From a virus, in IMG/VR virus record IMGVR_UViG_3300027906_000002, positions 115,403-179,402 of that record: DNA of 64,000 nucleotides; one strand, given 5' to 3'. Position 1 is the first letter of the stretch; each line of letters begins with the position of its first letter. The translations under genes and the position numbers were made by a program. This document shows positions 63,869 through 64,000 of this stretch, in pieces. The notes under the pieces were generated by a model. It worked only from the letters and a program-made list of their open reading frames with translations. It did no database searches and had not been told where the DNA came from.

Positions 63869-64000
63869 ATGGCAATAAAACAAGAGAGTGATCTACTTAA
63901 ATTAAACAGAGCACTTCAAGAATTTCAAAGGAATGCTAAGGACATTGATGATGTTGAAGAACAAGTCAAGGTAAAACAAGCTGGAAAGACGGTAGTAAAA
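63869..64000 (+). CDS. 5' part of a hypothetical protein (truncated by the window)
   Basis: MAIKQESDLLKLNRALQEF... open to the window end; TAAATA at 63839. Confidence 0.55.
   Translation, partial: MAIKQESDLLKLNRALQEFQRNAKDIDDVEEQVKVKQAGKTVVK

Overview
This is a 64-kb segment of an AT-rich T4-like marine cyanophage (Kyanoviridae-type myovirus; gene content resembles Prochlorococcus phage P-SSM2). Almost all genes are on the + strand. The order is: end of a VrlC-like baseplate-region protein, a 2270-aa repeat-rich fibre, neck/tail/head genes (gp13-gp23, with an accessory island between gp16 and gp17), gp3, uvsY/uvsW, gp55/gp47/gp46, a VWA-metallopeptidase and MoxR ATPase (cobS), gp45/44/62, dam, regA, hsp20, gp43, uvsX, gp41 and mazG. 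Auxiliary genes are petE, petF, purM/purS/purC, pebS, pcyA, pstS, a psbN-like ORF, a flavin-dependent halogenase and seven 2OG-Fe(II) oxygenases. The most notable signals are: (1) a catalytic-domain-only class IIb aminoacyl-tRNA-synthetase paralogue directly followed by an atypical tRNA (GUU/Asn anticodon, Leu/Ser-type long variable arm, U37, G73), possibly a dedicated phage enzyme-tRNA pair; (2) a ROSE-like RNA-thermometer leader on hsp20; (3) a minus-strand trio of signal-peptide proteins facing a run of membrane-protein genes, with long overlaps and a missing start codon; (4) a shared palindromic operator at two extended -10 promoters; (5) a probable Pho box at pstS and a probable non-AUG start. 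All calls come from reading the sequence and from recalled family motifs; no database searches were run. No CRISPR array, intron, intein or transposase was seen.
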